A stretch of DNA of 64,000 nt from an uncultured cyanobacterium. GTDB lineage: Bacteria; Cyanobacteriota; Cyanobacteriia; Cyanobacteriales; CAWCAG01. The position numbers and the translations under genes are program-made. The DNA lies in NCBI GenBank assembly GCA_963793425.1, contig CAWCAG010000005.1, positions 896,001 to 960,000 of the forward strand, written 5' to 3'. The stretch's first letter is position 1. The number at the start of each line of letters is the position of its first letter. Of the stretch, positions 28,709 through 39,223 are shown in pieces. The notes beneath the pieces were generated by a model. The model was not told where the DNA came from, searched no databases, and was given only the letters and a program-made list of their open reading frames with translations.

Positions 28709-29110
28709 ATGTTTACTGCTTCTTCAGATAATTATCTTGAACTTCTCAATCAGTTTCCACCTCGTCCTATCAAATCAGAGGCAGAATTTATTGCAGTTCA
28801 AGAAGTAATTGATACTTTACTAGACTCAGACCAAATTACATCTGATCAACAGGATTATCTTAATTTACTTGGTCTATTAATTCATGAATATGAGGAGAAA
28901 ATAATACCTATACCAGATTTATACGGTGTAGAATTATTGAAAGCATTAATTGATGAATCTCAGCTTAAACAGAAGGATTTAGTACCGATTTTCAAAACTG
29001 AGTCCATCGTTTCTGCAATTCTCAACGGCCAACGTAAGTTCACTGTAGAACATATTGAAAAACTAGCTAAGTTTTTTCATATATCTTCATCCGCATTTTT
29101 TCCTCAGTAA
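28709..29110 (+). CDS. higA: HigA family antitoxin / HTH transcriptional regulator
   Basis: FPPRPI, LLGLLIHEYEE, LKQKDLV.IFKTESIVSAILNGQRK HTH; downstream of the higB remnant. Confidence 0.85.
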   Translation: MFTASSDNYLELLNQFPPRPIKSEAEFIAVQEVIDTLLDSDQITSDQQDYLNLLGLLIHEYEEKIIPIPDLYGVELLKALIDESQLKQKDLVPIFKTESIVSAILNGQRKFTVEHIEKLAKFFHISSSAFFPQ

Positions 29111-29254
29111 TTGGTTGACAGTTCCTACTGAATTTCAACTAATAAATAGAATACTGTTTGAGGGTGTAAGAACCAAATGGCACTACTACAATACAATAAA
29201 AATTAAAAAGCTAAGTACTTCACCTCTAATTCTTACTATCTTGCCCTTAAATTT

Positions 29255-29935
29255 ATGAGTAAATACAAGACAAAAAAAATTATTTTTTGGTTCTCTACAT
29301 TACTTATAAGTAGTTTATTATTCTACTTCCTTGCTTATAAAAGAGGTTACTTGCCTCCTCCTCATCAACTTGCAGAGTTGTTCAATCTTAATAATTCTTC
29401 GCCGCAAAAACTTAAACATCCTGCCTTAGCTAACAATGATTTACTCAACTATGAACAATCTTTAAACGAACTAATCAATCAACCCCTTGATAAAAGTGCC
29501 ACTTCTATTTTAATTGAGAAAAGTAAATACCGTCTGACAATTTACTATCAACAAACTCCTCTTAAAGCTTATCCAGTTGTTTTCGGCCCTAATCCTCAAG
29601 GAGACAAACTTAAAGAAGGGGACATGAAAACTCCAGAGGGAATGTACTCTATTCGTGACCTTTATCCTCATCCTAATTGGTCAAAATTTCTCTGGTTAGA
29701 TTATCCGAATGCTGATTCTTGGGGTGAACATTGGCAAGCAAAAAGAGAGGGGAAGATTAATCCCTTAGCTACCATTGGTGGGCAAATTGGCATTCATGGT
29801 GTTCCCCCAGGACAAGATAATTTGATTGAGGAAGGTGATAATTGGACTTGGGGTTGTATTTCCTTAATGAATGCTGATGTTGAGGAAATATATCAAGTAG
29901 TTAAGGTTGGTACAAAAGTGGAAATTAGACTATAG
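29255..29935 (+). CDS. L,D-transpeptidase (YkuD) family protein
   Basis: GDKLKEGDMKTPEG, IGIHG...WTWGCISL catalytic His/Cys. Confidence 0.9.
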   Translation: MSKYKTKKIIFWFSTLLISSLLFYFLAYKRGYLPPPHQLAELFNLNNSSPQKLKHPALANNDLLNYEQSLNELINQPLDKSATSILIEKSKYRLTIYYQQTPLKAYPVVFGPNPQGDKLKEGDMKTPEGMYSIRDLYPHPNWSKFLWLDYPNADSWGEHWQAKREGKINPLATIGGQIGIHGVPPGQDNLIEEGDNWTWGCISLMNADVEEIYQVVKVGTKVEIRL

Positions 29936-30288
29936 TAGGGGCGAGTTTCATTAAGATTTTAGATGATTACCAAATATTTACAGAAACCCGCCCTTACTTA
30001 CAAAAACTGATTTTAGGAAAAGACAACTTCTTTGTTTCAAAATAAAGACTCATGGTAAATATAATAAATTTTCTTGAGGTTGAGGAATTAGCTGATGATT
30101 AGTAGAAAACAAAGTCAGTGCTTTAAACAGAGTAAAGAGATAATCACAAAATCTATTAAGGGCTTTGCCTACTGGTGCGAAAATCGAGAAGATTTAACTA
30201 GTGCGGCTCTACATACTGTTGAGGAAAGCTGAAACTAAAGATTGCCAACTTGCTGAGAGACAACTGACTAACTATCAAAGTAAAAATA

Positions 30289-30951
30289 ATGCTAAAACTT
30301 TACCATCAACCCATTTCTGCCAACTCCCGCCGGGTTTGGATTGCACTTTTAGAAAAATGTCTTGCTTTTGAAGAAGTTATTATCAAATTAGACGGAGATC
30401 AATTTGCACCGGATTTTATTAAAATCAGTCCTTTTCACCGCGTTCCTGTTTTAATAGATAATGATTTAATTTTAGTAGAATCTCTGGCTATTCTCAATTA
30501 CTTAGAAGCTAAATATCCCACTCCTACTTTATTACCAAAAGAACCTCAAGCTTTTGCTAAGGTAAGTATGGTGCAAATGGTGACAATTAATGAATTACTA
30601 CCCGCTATGACCAGGTTAACAACTGAAGCTGTGGGTATAACTCAAGAACCAGAAAAGGCTGAAAAAGCGAAGCAGAAAGTTTTGGATGTGTTGAACTTTT
30701 TTGAGCAATTATTAGGTGAAGATAAATATTTCAGCGGTAATAATTTAACCTTAGCAGATATAACGGCAGGGACAGTTATACCAACTTTACCAATGGTTGG
30801 AGTGCCTTTGGGTAATCATCCTAAATTAGCTGCTTGGAGTGAGCATTTAATGAGTCGTGATAGCTGGCAAAAAACGCAGTTTACACAAGAAGAAGTAGAA
30901 GCTTTTATCCCTCATATGAAAGTTTTGATAAAATCTTACATGGATAAGTAA
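30289..30951 (+). CDS. Glutathione S-transferase family protein
   Basis: SPFHRVPVL, ESLAILNYLE, LTLADI. Confidence 0.92.
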   Translation: MLKLYHQPISANSRRVWIALLEKCLAFEEVIIKLDGDQFAPDFIKISPFHRVPVLIDNDLILVESLAILNYLEAKYPTPTLLPKEPQAFAKVSMVQMVTINELLPAMTRLTTEAVGITQEPEKAEKAKQKVLDVLNFFEQLLGEDKYFSGNNLTLADITAGTVIPTLPMVGVPLGNHPKLAAWSEHLMSRDSWQKTQFTQEEVEAFIPHMKVLIKSYMDK

Positions 30952-31093
30952 TACCAAATCCGGTTTAAATAGCATAAGTTACCGGTGAGGGTAGGGAGTA
31001 GGGAGTAGGGAGTAGGGAGCAGTCAGTAGGGGTTAGCAATTAGCAACTAACAATTTGATATAATACACTCCCCTAGATGAAGCAGGAAAAATT

Positions 31094-32398
31094 ATGGTTG
31101 CGTCACCAACTACCTCTCTTTCTTTAACAGAAATAGCTCAAAAAACTCGCCAAGCAGCACGGCAATTAAGCGTATTATCCACTGCCGAACGCAATGACGC
31201 TATTGAAGCGATCGCTCAATCTTTAGAGCAGTATACTCCAGAAATTCTTGCTGCCAATGAAGCAGATTGTCAGCAAGCTAAATCAGCCATGATTCCTCAA
31301 GCTTTGTATGCACGGCTAAAGATGGATAGTACTAAATTAGAAGCTGCGATCACTGGGGTAAGAAATGTAGGAAAACTTACTGATCCTGTCGGTAAGGTAC
31401 AAATTAAACGAGAATTAGATGAAGGATTAATTCTCCAACGTATTACTTGCCCTTTAGGGGTATTAGGAATTATCTTTGAAGCCCGTCCAGATGCTTTGAT
31501 TCAAATTACTAGTTTAGCGATAAAATCAGGCAACGGAGTAATTTTAAAAGGTGGTAAAGAAGCCCTCAATTCTTGTCAAGAATTAGTTAAAGCGGTTCAA
31601 AAAGGCTTAAGCAAAACAAAAGTTAACCCCCAAGCTGTACAACTCCTCACCACCAGAGAAGAAATTCGCGCTTTACTAGATTTAGATGAATATGTTGATT
31701 TAATTATTCCCAGAGGTTCTAATTCTTTTGTGCGCTACGTCCAGGATAATACTCGTATTCCTGTTTTAGGTCATGCTGACGGGATTTGTCATTTATATAT
31801 TGATAAAGCCGCAGATTTAGATAAAGCAATTGCCATTACCGTAGATGCAAAAACACAATATCCCGCTGCTTGTAATGCTGTAGAAACTCTCTTAGTCCAT
31901 CAAAAAATAGCAGCCACTTTCCTACCGCAACTAGCTAAGAGTTTGCAAGACAAAAAGGTAGAATTACGAGGAGATCAAGCAACCCTAGAAATTATTAATA
32001 TTCAACCAGCGACTGTAGAAGATTGGGGGATAGAATATAGTGACTTAATTCTCGCTATTAAAATAGTTGATTCTGTAGAAACTGGAATTGCCCATATTAA
32101 TACCTACGGTTCTAAACACACTGATGCCATCGTTACAGAAGATGAAAAGGCTGCTGCCACATTCCAAAACCAAGTTGATGCCGCAGGAGTTTTTCACAAT
32201 TGTTCTACCCGTTTTTCTGATGGTTTTCGTTACGGTTTTGGTGCTGAAGTTGGCATTAGTACTCAACAAATGCCTCCTCGTGGTCCTGTGGGCTTAGAAG
32301 GCTTAGTTACTTATAAATATAAGTTAATAGGAAATGGCCATGTTGCAGCCACTTACTCCGGCCCGCAAGCAAAATCTTTTACCCACAAAGAGTTGTAA
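31094..32398 (+). CDS. proA: Glutamate-5-semialdehyde dehydrogenase
   Basis: [49 protein letters not shown]. Confidence 0.97.
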   Translation: MVASPTTSLSLTEIAQKTRQAARQLSVLSTAERNDAIEAIAQSLEQYTPEILAANEADCQQAKSAMIPQALYARLKMDSTKLEAAITGVRNVGKLTDPVGKVQIKRELDEGLILQRITCPLGVLGIIFEARPDALIQITSLAIKSGNGVILKGGKEALNSCQELVKAVQKGLSKTKVNPQAVQLLTTREEIRALLDLDEYVDLIIPRGSNSFVRYVQDNTRIPVLGHADGICHLYIDKAADLDKAIAITVDAKTQYPAACNAVETLLVHQKIAATFLPQLAKSLQDKKVELRGDQATLEIINIQPATVEDWGIEYSDLILAIKIVDSVETGIAHINTYGSKHTDAIVTEDEKAAATFQNQVDAAGVFHNCSTRFSDGFRYGFGAEVGISTQQMPPRGPVGLEGLVTYKYKLIGNGHVAATYSGPQAKSFTHKEL

Positions 32399-32407
32399 GC
32401 AAAAAAC

Positions 32408-32445
32408 AAATTAGGGAGAAAATAGAGTGGTTTTCTCCCTAATTT
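32408..32445. terminator. Bidirectional terminator between convergent genes
   Basis: AAATTAGGGAGAAAA...TTTTCTCCCTAATTT perfect stem. Confidence 0.7.
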
Positions 32446-32471
32446 GATCACTTTATTTAATGACGATGACT

Positions 32472-32891
32472 CTAGTCGCCGAAGATTCTTTCTAAAACAT
32501 TGCCAGTGCCTTCTGCGGCTTCTTGGGCTTTATTTTTAGTTACGCCAATATCTCTTTGGACTTTACCTTTAACTTCCTTAGCAGCACCTTCAATACTGTT
32601 GTCTGCTCCTCTCAAGTTTTGTTGAGTTTTACCAACTGCTCTGTTTAAATTACCTTTTACTTGGTCAGTGCTTCCTGCACCAAAAACATCATTAAAAGCT
32701 TCTCCTACTTCTTCTTTAGCTTCATCAATCGTTGAGAGTAGGTGAGGTGAATTTAAAGTAGCTGCATTAGCAGTTGATGAAGAAGGTAAAAATACTGTGC
32801 TTAATAAGGTAAGACTGAATAAAAATAGGATACTGACTAACCAGTGCTGGCTTCTTTGAATAAGTTTTTTGGTAAATGAGAAAGTTTTCAT
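32472..32891 (-). CDS. Secreted CsbD-like stress protein
   Basis: Signal-peptide-like N-terminus; DQVKG..NRAVGK.Q...EGAAKEVKGKVQ CsbD-type helices. Confidence 0.65.
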   Translation of the reverse strand: MKTFSFTKKLIQRSQHWLVSILFLFSLTLLSTVFLPSSSTANAATLNSPHLLSTIDEAKEEVGEAFNDVFGAGSTDQVKGNLNRAVGKTQQNLRGADNSIEGAAKEVKGKVQRDIGVTKNKAQEAAEGTGNVLERIFGD

Positions 32892-33208
32892 CTGTTTTTT
32901 TTAGATTCCTCGAAAAATGTATTTACGTTTCTATCCTTAACTTATAAAACATTCTCGGCCATATTTACTCGCTCAGAAGAGAGAATCGCCCTTGCTTCAA
33001 AGTATTAATTACTACCTCTTTGGGATGAAAAGTCACTTTAGAGCAACCTTTCTCTAACTAAATAGTTAGTTTTTGATCAGTCTCAATATTACTTCGGGTG
33101 GAAGCATGAGAAGAACTAAATTTGCTAGATTAATATAACAATTAAAAGCCTGGTTAAAAGTACATTTTTCAGGTTTTTACCATATAAGCAATATGAGGTT
33201 AATCAATC

Positions 33209-33391
33209 ATGAGTACTGAAGATAGAGCTAAAGCAACAGCTAAAAACATTGAAGGAAAAGCTCAAGAGGCGCTAGGAAATGTAACTGGAGATCCTGAAGA
33301 TCAAGCCAAAGGTAAAGCCAAGCAAGCAGAAGCAAAAGCTCGACATACCGCAGAAGATGCTAAAGACAAAGTAAAAAAAGCTATTGACTAA
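33209..33391 (+). CDS. CsbD family protein
   Basis: EDRAKATAKNIEGKAQEALGNVTGDPEDQAKGKAKQ; GAGG RBS upstream. Confidence 0.92.
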   Translation: MSTEDRAKATAKNIEGKAQEALGNVTGDPEDQAKGKAKQAEAKARHTAEDAKDKVKKAID

Positions 33392-33441
33392 TTAAGCTTT
33401 AGTTCGTGACCAGTTTTCTACTCTAGATATATAAGATAAGC

Positions 33442-33472
33442 AAGAAGGGGTTTTATAACCCCTTCTTTTTTT
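33442..33472 (+). terminator. Rho-independent terminator
   Basis: AAGAAGGGGTT-TTAT-AACCCCTTCTT followed by a T run. Confidence 0.8.
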
Positions 33473-33739
33473 CAAGGTAAAAAGAATCAAGGTAAACATC
33501 AATCAACTATCATCTATTTAAAACAATTTTTCTTTTTTATTACCACTTATAAACGAGATATAAAATCGCAACCAAACATCTCAGATATTAAAGTGGCAAG
33601 CTTAAATAATTTTTTAGTTATCTTATTAAATCATAAAAAAATCACCAGAGATTGCATCACCTAGCAGGTGTAATCTCATAGTGATAAAAATGATGTAACA
33701 CTCTTCCTTAAGAAAGAAAACAAGCAGAAAATGTCAAGC

Positions 33740-34462
33740 TTATCTAACTAACCCAGAGCGTAATGCCCTTACCGCAGCTTGAGTACGATCATCAGCGCAA
33801 AGCTTACTCAAAATATTACGGACATGGGTTTTAACCGTACCCACAGTAATAAATAATTTCTCAGCAATTTGAGCATTGCTACATCCTGCTACAATCAACT
33901 CCAGAATTTCTAGTTCCCGATTAGTTAAAGGGTATGTTTCTAAAACTTGCTCATATTCTGGCTCAATACCCTTAATTCTTTGGGAATCTTCCCCATTAAC
34001 CACAACATTTGTACCAGGTCTATTATGGCGTGCTTGCTTAAGCACCACACGGGCTATGGTAGGATCTATCCAAGAATTTCCCTCGTTCGTTAATTCAATA
34101 GCCTGAATTAAATTTTCTACGCTAATATCTTTAATACTATAAGAATCTGCACCAGCAGCAAAAGCAGCTAAAACAGAATCTTCGTTTTTGTGCATCGTCA
34201 AGATCAAAACCTTGGTCTTCGCTTCTTTCAAACCTCCTTGAGCTTGTTTAAGTTGCTGAGTTAGTTCAATGCCATCACGATCTGGCAAGCCAATATCAAT
34301 AATTGCCACATCAGGCTGAGTAGCTTCTAATATCTGTAAACCTTCGCTAGCATTAGCAGCATCACCTACTACTTCAATACCTTCATTTTGCCGTAGGGCT
34401 GCACATAAACCAACTCGACTCAGGTTATGATCTTCAATTACAACGACGCGAATTTTGCTCAT
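33740..34462 (-). CDS. NarL/LuxR family response regulator
   Basis: Receiver ED...DIGLPD; C-terminal LTNRELEIL..GCSNAQIAEKLFITVGTVKTHV HTH. Confidence 0.93.
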   Translation of the reverse strand: MSKIRVVVIEDHNLSRVGLCAALRQNEGIEVVGDAANASEGLQILEATQPDVAIIDIGLPDRDGIELTQQLKQAQGGLKEAKTKVLILTMHKNEDSVLAAFAAGADSYSIKDISVENLIQAIELTNEGNSWIDPTIARVVLKQARHNRPGTNVVVNGEDSQRIKGIEPEYEQVLETYPLTNRELEILELIVAGCSNAQIAEKLFITVGTVKTHVRNILSKLCADDRTQAAVRALRSGLVR

Positions 34463-34590
34463 TATTAATTCAGTATAAAATTTAGATTTGCTTCTTTAGT
34501 ACATTGTCATGCTAAAACGGAACATTTTACTTTCTAGATTACCAACAATTACAGGGTCGCATCGTAGCCATTAGCAATTAGCAATTAACA

Positions 34591-36999
34591 ATGAGCAACT
34601 TATTCAACCATCAAAACGAAAATCTCCCCCATCGTCAAGGTTTAAAACAGTGCTTAGATGCACTACCACAAATAATTTGGTGTGCTAATCAATTAGGAGA
34701 AATAACTTTTTTAAATCAAAAATGGCAAGAGCATATATATCAAAACGATACTATTACTTTACCTGAAGAAAAGTTTTTCCAAGCAACTCATCCAGAAGAT
34801 AGAGAGCGAGTAAAACAAAAATGGCAAACAGAAATACGCTCTCAAAGCCCCTACAAAGTGAAATTTCGCTTGCGGAATAGTAATGGAGATTACAAGCTGT
34901 TTGTTGCCTGTGCAGAACCCTTAAAAGGGGAAAACGGAGCAGTAATTGAGTGGGTTGGAACATTAGAACCTATAACCAAAACTCAGGAAGCTTTGAGAAA
35001 AAGTGAGGAACGTTGGCAATTAGCGGTGGAAGGGGCAGGAGATGGGATTTTTGATTGGAATATTATTACTGGTGAAGCTTTTATGTCTCCTAATTTAAAA
35101 GGAGTACTCGGCTACCGCGACCAAGAAATTCCTAATACTTATGAAGGATGGCACAATTTAGTTCACCCTGATGATTTTGAGCAAGTATTAGAAAATTTAG
35201 AAGCCCATCTCAATCACCAAGCTTCCCAATATGTAGCAGAATATCGTCTACGTTGCCAAGATGGTAGCTACAAATGGATTTCAGCCAAAGGACTGGCTAA
35301 ATGGGACGAAACAGGTAAACCTATTCGTATGGTAGGTTCTCATCAAGATATTACCGAACGCAAGGAAGCAGAAGCAGAAATCATTCGCCTCAATCAAGAG
35401 TTAGAAGCAAAAATAGCGAGACGAACATCTCAGCTAGAAGCAGCCAACCAGATTAAAGATGAATCTGTTAATCGTGCTGAAAAAGCCCAGGCTGAAAGTA
35501 AAATTTATCAGGATATAGTTGAGAACATCCCCATCGGCTTTTTTGTTTGGCGTTTAAAAGATTTCGACGATCTTAGTAGCTTCCAATTAGTGACAGTTAA
35601 CCCCGCTGCCAGTCAATTACTTGAAGTACCTCTCCAAGACGAGATTGGTAGCATGATGGGAGATTGTTTTCCTAAACTTTTAACTCCGGGAAATGCAGCT
35701 ATTGTCACTGCTTATATTGATGTAATTCGTGAGGGGAAAGCTAAGATTCTAGATGATGTTATTTATAGCAATAAAACAGGGAATAAAAGTGTCTTTGCCC
35801 TGAAAGCCTTTCCTTTACCTAATCACTGTGTGGGGGTTGCTTTTGATAATGTTACCAGGCGCAAACGGGCTGAAGCCGCTTTAGCAGCTAGTGAGCAAAA
35901 ACATCGCTCTGTAGTTAATAGTGTTAAAGAGGTTATTTTTCAAACAAATCAAGAAGGTTGTTGGACTTTCTTAAATCAAGCTTGGAACGAAATTACTGGG
36001 TTTTCTATTACCAAGAGTCTTGGTATTCCTTTTATTAATTATATTTATGCTGAAGAAGAGCAACAAGAATGTGGGGAGCTTTTCCAAGATTTGCTAGCAA
36101 AAAAACGGGAATTTTTTCAATATGCCTTTCGCTGCCAAACTAAAACTGGTAAATTCCGTTGGTTAGAAATGGAAGCCCAACTTTATCGCAATTCGGAAGG
36201 AGAAGTTTTAGGGACATCCGGTACTCTTAATGATATTACTGAACGCCAACAAAATGAAGCTATCCTGCAAGCAAAGGCCGATGAACTAGCTCAAATCAAT
36301 ACCATTTTACTCGCTACCACCGCTCAATTAGAAAAACGTAACCAAGAATTAGATCAATTCGCCTACGTTACCTCCCATGATTTAAAAGCACCTCTGCGGG
36401 CGATCGCTAATTTATCTCAGTGGATTGAAGAAGACTTAGAAGAGTTTCTAACTGAAGATACTAAGCATCAAATGGACTTGTTGCGAGGGCGAGTACATCG
36501 CATGGAAGCATTGATTAACGGACTGCTACAATATTCTCGTGTTGGACGCATCCAAGGGCGAAAGGAACGAGTTGTTGTCGGGGAAATTCTTGAAGAAGTA
36601 ATTGATTTCCTCGCACCACCACCAGAATTTCAGATTACTATCACCTCAGAAATGCCCACTTTGCAAACAGAGCGTTTACCTTTGCAACAGGTATTTACCA
36701 ACTTAATCGGCAATGCGATTAAACATCATCCTAGTGACCAGGGGAAAGTACAAATTTCTGTTACAGACCAAGGCAAATTTTACGAGTTTGTGGTGGAAGA
36801 TGATGGTTCTGGCATTGCTCCACAATACCACGACAAGGTATTTGTGATTTTCCAAACCCTAGAAGCAAGGGATAAAACTGAAAATACGGGTATTGGTTTG
36901 TCCATTGTCAAAAAAGCTGTTGAAGCCCAGGGAGGAACAATCAAAGTCGAATCTCAATTAGGGGAAGGGACGATTTTTCGTTTTACTTGGCCAAAGTAG
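34591..36999 (+). CDS. Cytoplasmic multi-PAS sensor histidine kinase
   Basis: Several PAS/PAC repeats (HPED, HPDD, DITER), H-box SHDLKAPLR, N-box NLIGNAIK, DDGSGI, GIGL. Confidence 0.93.
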   Translation: MSNLFNHQNENLPHRQGLKQCLDALPQIIWCANQLGEITFLNQKWQEHIYQNDTITLPEEKFFQATHPEDRERVKQKWQTEIRSQSPYKVKFRLRNSNGDYKLFVACAEPLKGENGAVIEWVGTLEPITKTQEALRKSEERWQLAVEGAGDGIFDWNIITGEAFMSPNLKGVLGYRDQEIPNTYEGWHNLVHPDDFEQVLENLEAHLNHQASQYVAEYRLRCQDGSYKWISAKGLAKWDETGKPIRMVGSHQDITERKEAEAEIIRLNQELEAKIARRTSQLEAANQIKDESVNRAEKAQAESKIYQDIVENIPIGFFVWRLKDFDDLSSFQLVTVNPAASQLLEVPLQDEIGSMMGDCFPKLLTPGNAAIVTAYIDVIREGKAKILDDVIYSNKTGNKSVFALKAFPLPNHCVGVAFDNVTRRKRAEAALAASEQKHRSVVNSVKEVIFQTNQEGCWTFLNQAWNEITGFSITKSLGIPFINYIYAEEEQQECGELFQDLLAKKREFFQYAFRCQTKTGKFRWLEMEAQLYRNSEGEVLGTSGTLNDITERQQNEAILQAKADELAQINTILLATTAQLEKRNQELDQFAYVTSHDLKAPLRAIANLSQWIEEDLEEFLTEDTKHQMDLLRGRVHRMEALINGLLQYSRVGRIQGRKERVVVGEILEEVIDFLAPPPEFQITITSEMPTLQTERLPLQQVFTNLIGNAIKHHPSDQGKVQISVTDQGKFYEFVVEDDGSGIAPQYHDKVFVIFQTLEARDKTENTGIGLSIVKKAVEAQGGTIKVESQLGEGTIFRFTWPK

Positions 37000-37002
37000 G
37001 TA

Positions 37003-37065
37003 TAAGTAATAAGTAATAAGTAATAAGTAATAAGTAATAAGTAATAAGTAATAAGTAATAAGTAA
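37003..37065 (+). repeat. STRR heptamer tandem repeat (TAAGTAA)9
   Basis: 9 perfect copies; shorter run at about 27412-27433. Confidence 0.95.
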
Positions 37066-37087
37066 ACAGTTATCACTTTTACCTTTA

Positions 37088-37136
37088 CTTCCTACTCCCT
37101 GCTCCCTGCTCCCTGCTCCCTGCTCCCTGCTCCCTT
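37088..37136 (+). repeat. Heptamer tandem repeat (CTCCCTG)n
   Basis: 5 perfect copies with degenerate flanking units. Confidence 0.92.
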
Positions 37137-37138
37137 CT

Positions 37139-37654
37139 TCAATAGTGAATAATTATAGCTGTTCCTACAGATGCCCAATTGTATAACCATTTAGCGTGAT
37201 CGGGAGCGACGTTGGTGCAACCATGACTAACTGCTGTACCAAAGTTATGATGCCAATAGGCTCCGTGAATCGCATAACCGCCATAGTAATACATAGCATG
37301 AGGCACATTGGCAATATCGTAGCCTGTCCCTCGCATCCTCTCTTTGGGGGATTTGCGCTGTATAGCAAAAATGCCAGGATGGGTTGGGGTTGCAGGTTTG
37401 CCTGTGGAGACAATCACCGCATAAACAGGGGAATTACCTTGCCAAGCAACTAATCTCTGGGTTGAAAGGTTGATTTCAATCCAACGTTGATTAGAAGCTT
37501 GTAAGGTATCAACTTTCTCGATTATGGTTGTACGTAAATCCTTTGCTGTTGCGGGATTAGCGCTTAAGTCTGTACCCAAGGCTGCTAATGTTAATAGGCA
37601 ACTAGCAGCTAAGTTAGTTAAGAATCTTTGGCTATTGAATATTTTCATCCTCAA
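37139..37654 (-). CDS. L,D-transpeptidase (YkuD) family protein
   Basis: [34 protein letters not shown]. Confidence 0.92.
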   Translation of the reverse strand: MRMKIFNSQRFLTNLAASCLLTLAALGTDLSANPATAKDLRTTIIEKVDTLQASNQRWIEINLSTQRLVAWQGNSPVYAVIVSTGKPATPTHPGIFAIQRKSPKERMRGTGYDIANVPHAMYYYGGYAIHGAYWHHNFGTAVSHGCTNVAPDHAKWLYNWASVGTAIIIHY

Positions 37655-37750
37655 ACTTACCCTGAAAAAAGCCTAAATATTGACTGTTATTGTGATCAAA
37701 TCATATTATACTTTTTGTGCTTTTAATTCTTATTAGATGAACTAGAAACT

Positions 37751-39223
37751 ATGCGAATACTTAGAATCTCTCTTGCTGTTCTTATTTATTTTTCAACAAC
37801 TTTGGCAATTCCCCAAAGAGCTTTAGGCGAAACTGAAACAACATCTGAGAAAAACGGTAGGAGTATTCCTACTGGAGCATTCGCTCCCTTACCAAAGATA
37901 TGCTTCCCAACATCTCGTCTTGAACTTATCGAGGCTTATAATTCTCAGATTAGGGTTTATCAGAGTCAGCGTTGGCAGCTTGAGTCTTTACAGATTGAGC
38001 AGTTCAAAAAGAAAATTATCTATTCAATTTATTCTAAATCTAGACAAAATGAACCTCTAAGAGACATAGCAAAACAATATATCTCAATTGGTGAGTTTGA
38101 GCAAGCTTTGAGTATTATTGAATCGATTAAAGAAGTGTTTTTTCAAGCAGAAATACTCACAGCTATAGCAGAATCATATACTCAAGCAGAACAACAGCAG
38201 TTTGCTATCAATACTATTTCTCAAGCAGTAGATTTAGTTGAAAATATAGAAAATAGTTCTCAAAAAGAAGGAGTTCTACTTTATATTACCGATGTTTATC
38301 TACAAGTAGCAGACTCTTATTTAAAACTAGGAGAAACAGAACTAGCTTCTGAGGTAATTTCTTTGGCTTCACAGACTATTGAAGATATTGAGACAGAATC
38401 CTTTAAGAAATATCTTCTCTCTCAAATAGCACTCAAATTATCTACTGTTGGTAGGATTGAGGAGGCTCTAGCTATTACTGATAATTTAGACCAAGATAGG
38501 AAAGATTTTATCTTGGAGCAAATAGCGATTGATTCTGTTAACTTCAATCAATTTGACCAAGCTTTAGAAATTTATCAAGCTCTTGATCAATACCCCAGAA
38601 ATGAGATTCTTGTACAAATAGTTGTTGAGTTAGCTTCTCTTGGTCAGTTTGAGCGGGCTATGGCAATAGCAGAAGATTTTCCTGAAAAACAAAATGTTGT
38701 TGTAGCTAATGTTGCCCAACAATATATCAATCAAGGAGAGTCTAATCTTGCTATTGGTATAGTCAAGGACGTAGAAAATTACTGTGTTCGTTCCAATACG
38801 TTTCAGAAATTATCTTCATTATTACTAGAAGCAGAAGAATACAGTTTAGCTTTAGAAATTACTGACAACATTGAAGATGCTGGGATTAAGAATAATGCTT
38901 TAAATAGAGTAGCAATTAAACTAGCTGAAATAGAAAAATATGAGCAAGCAATAACAGTAACTCAAAGTATAGAAGATTCTAATGATAAAGCTGATGCCTT
39001 GATTAGAATCTCTCAAAAACTAATTGAAGCAGGAAAATCAGAACAAGCTTCGGAATTATTATCTCAGGCTTTGGAAATAGTTCAATCTTCTCCTTTACCT
39101 ACTAGATTTATCCCTGCACCACCACCAAGAGTTTCTCCCACACCACCAAGAGTTCCTCCCACACTACCAAGAGTTCCTCTCCCACAAATACCAGAACTAA
39201 AACCTCTTCAACCTAACAATTAA
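37751..39223 (+). CDS. Secreted helical-repeat (TPR-like) protein with Pro-rich tail
   Basis: Signal peptide, repeated G.FEQAL.I...I units, C-terminal PPRV(S/P)PT repeats. Confidence 0.75.
   Translation: MRILRISLAVLIYFSTTLAIPQRALGETETTSEKNGRSIPTGAFAPLPKICFPTSRLELIEAYNSQIRVYQSQRWQLESLQIEQFKKKIIYSIYSKSRQNEPLRDIAKQYISIGEFEQALSIIESIKEVFFQAEILTAIAESYTQAEQQQFAINTISQAVDLVENIENSSQKEGVLLYITDVYLQVADSYLKLGETELASEVISLASQTIEDIETESFKKYLLSQIALKLSTVGRIEEALAITDNLDQDRKDFILEQIAIDSVNFNQFDQALEIYQALDQYPRNEILVQIVVELASLGQFERAMAIAEDFPEKQNVVVANVAQQYINQGESNLAIGIVKDVENYCVRSNTFQKLSSLLLEAEEYSLALEITDNIEDAGIKNNALNRVAIKLAEIEKYEQAITVTQSIEDSNDKADALIRISQKLIEAGKSEQASELLSQALEIVQSSPLPTRFIPAPPPRVSPTPPRVPPTLPRVPLPQIPELKPLQPNN

Noticed and set aside
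30050..30200. Possible small gene upstream of the GST gene
   Set aside because: Coding-like text is broken by stops and cannot be assigned to a family
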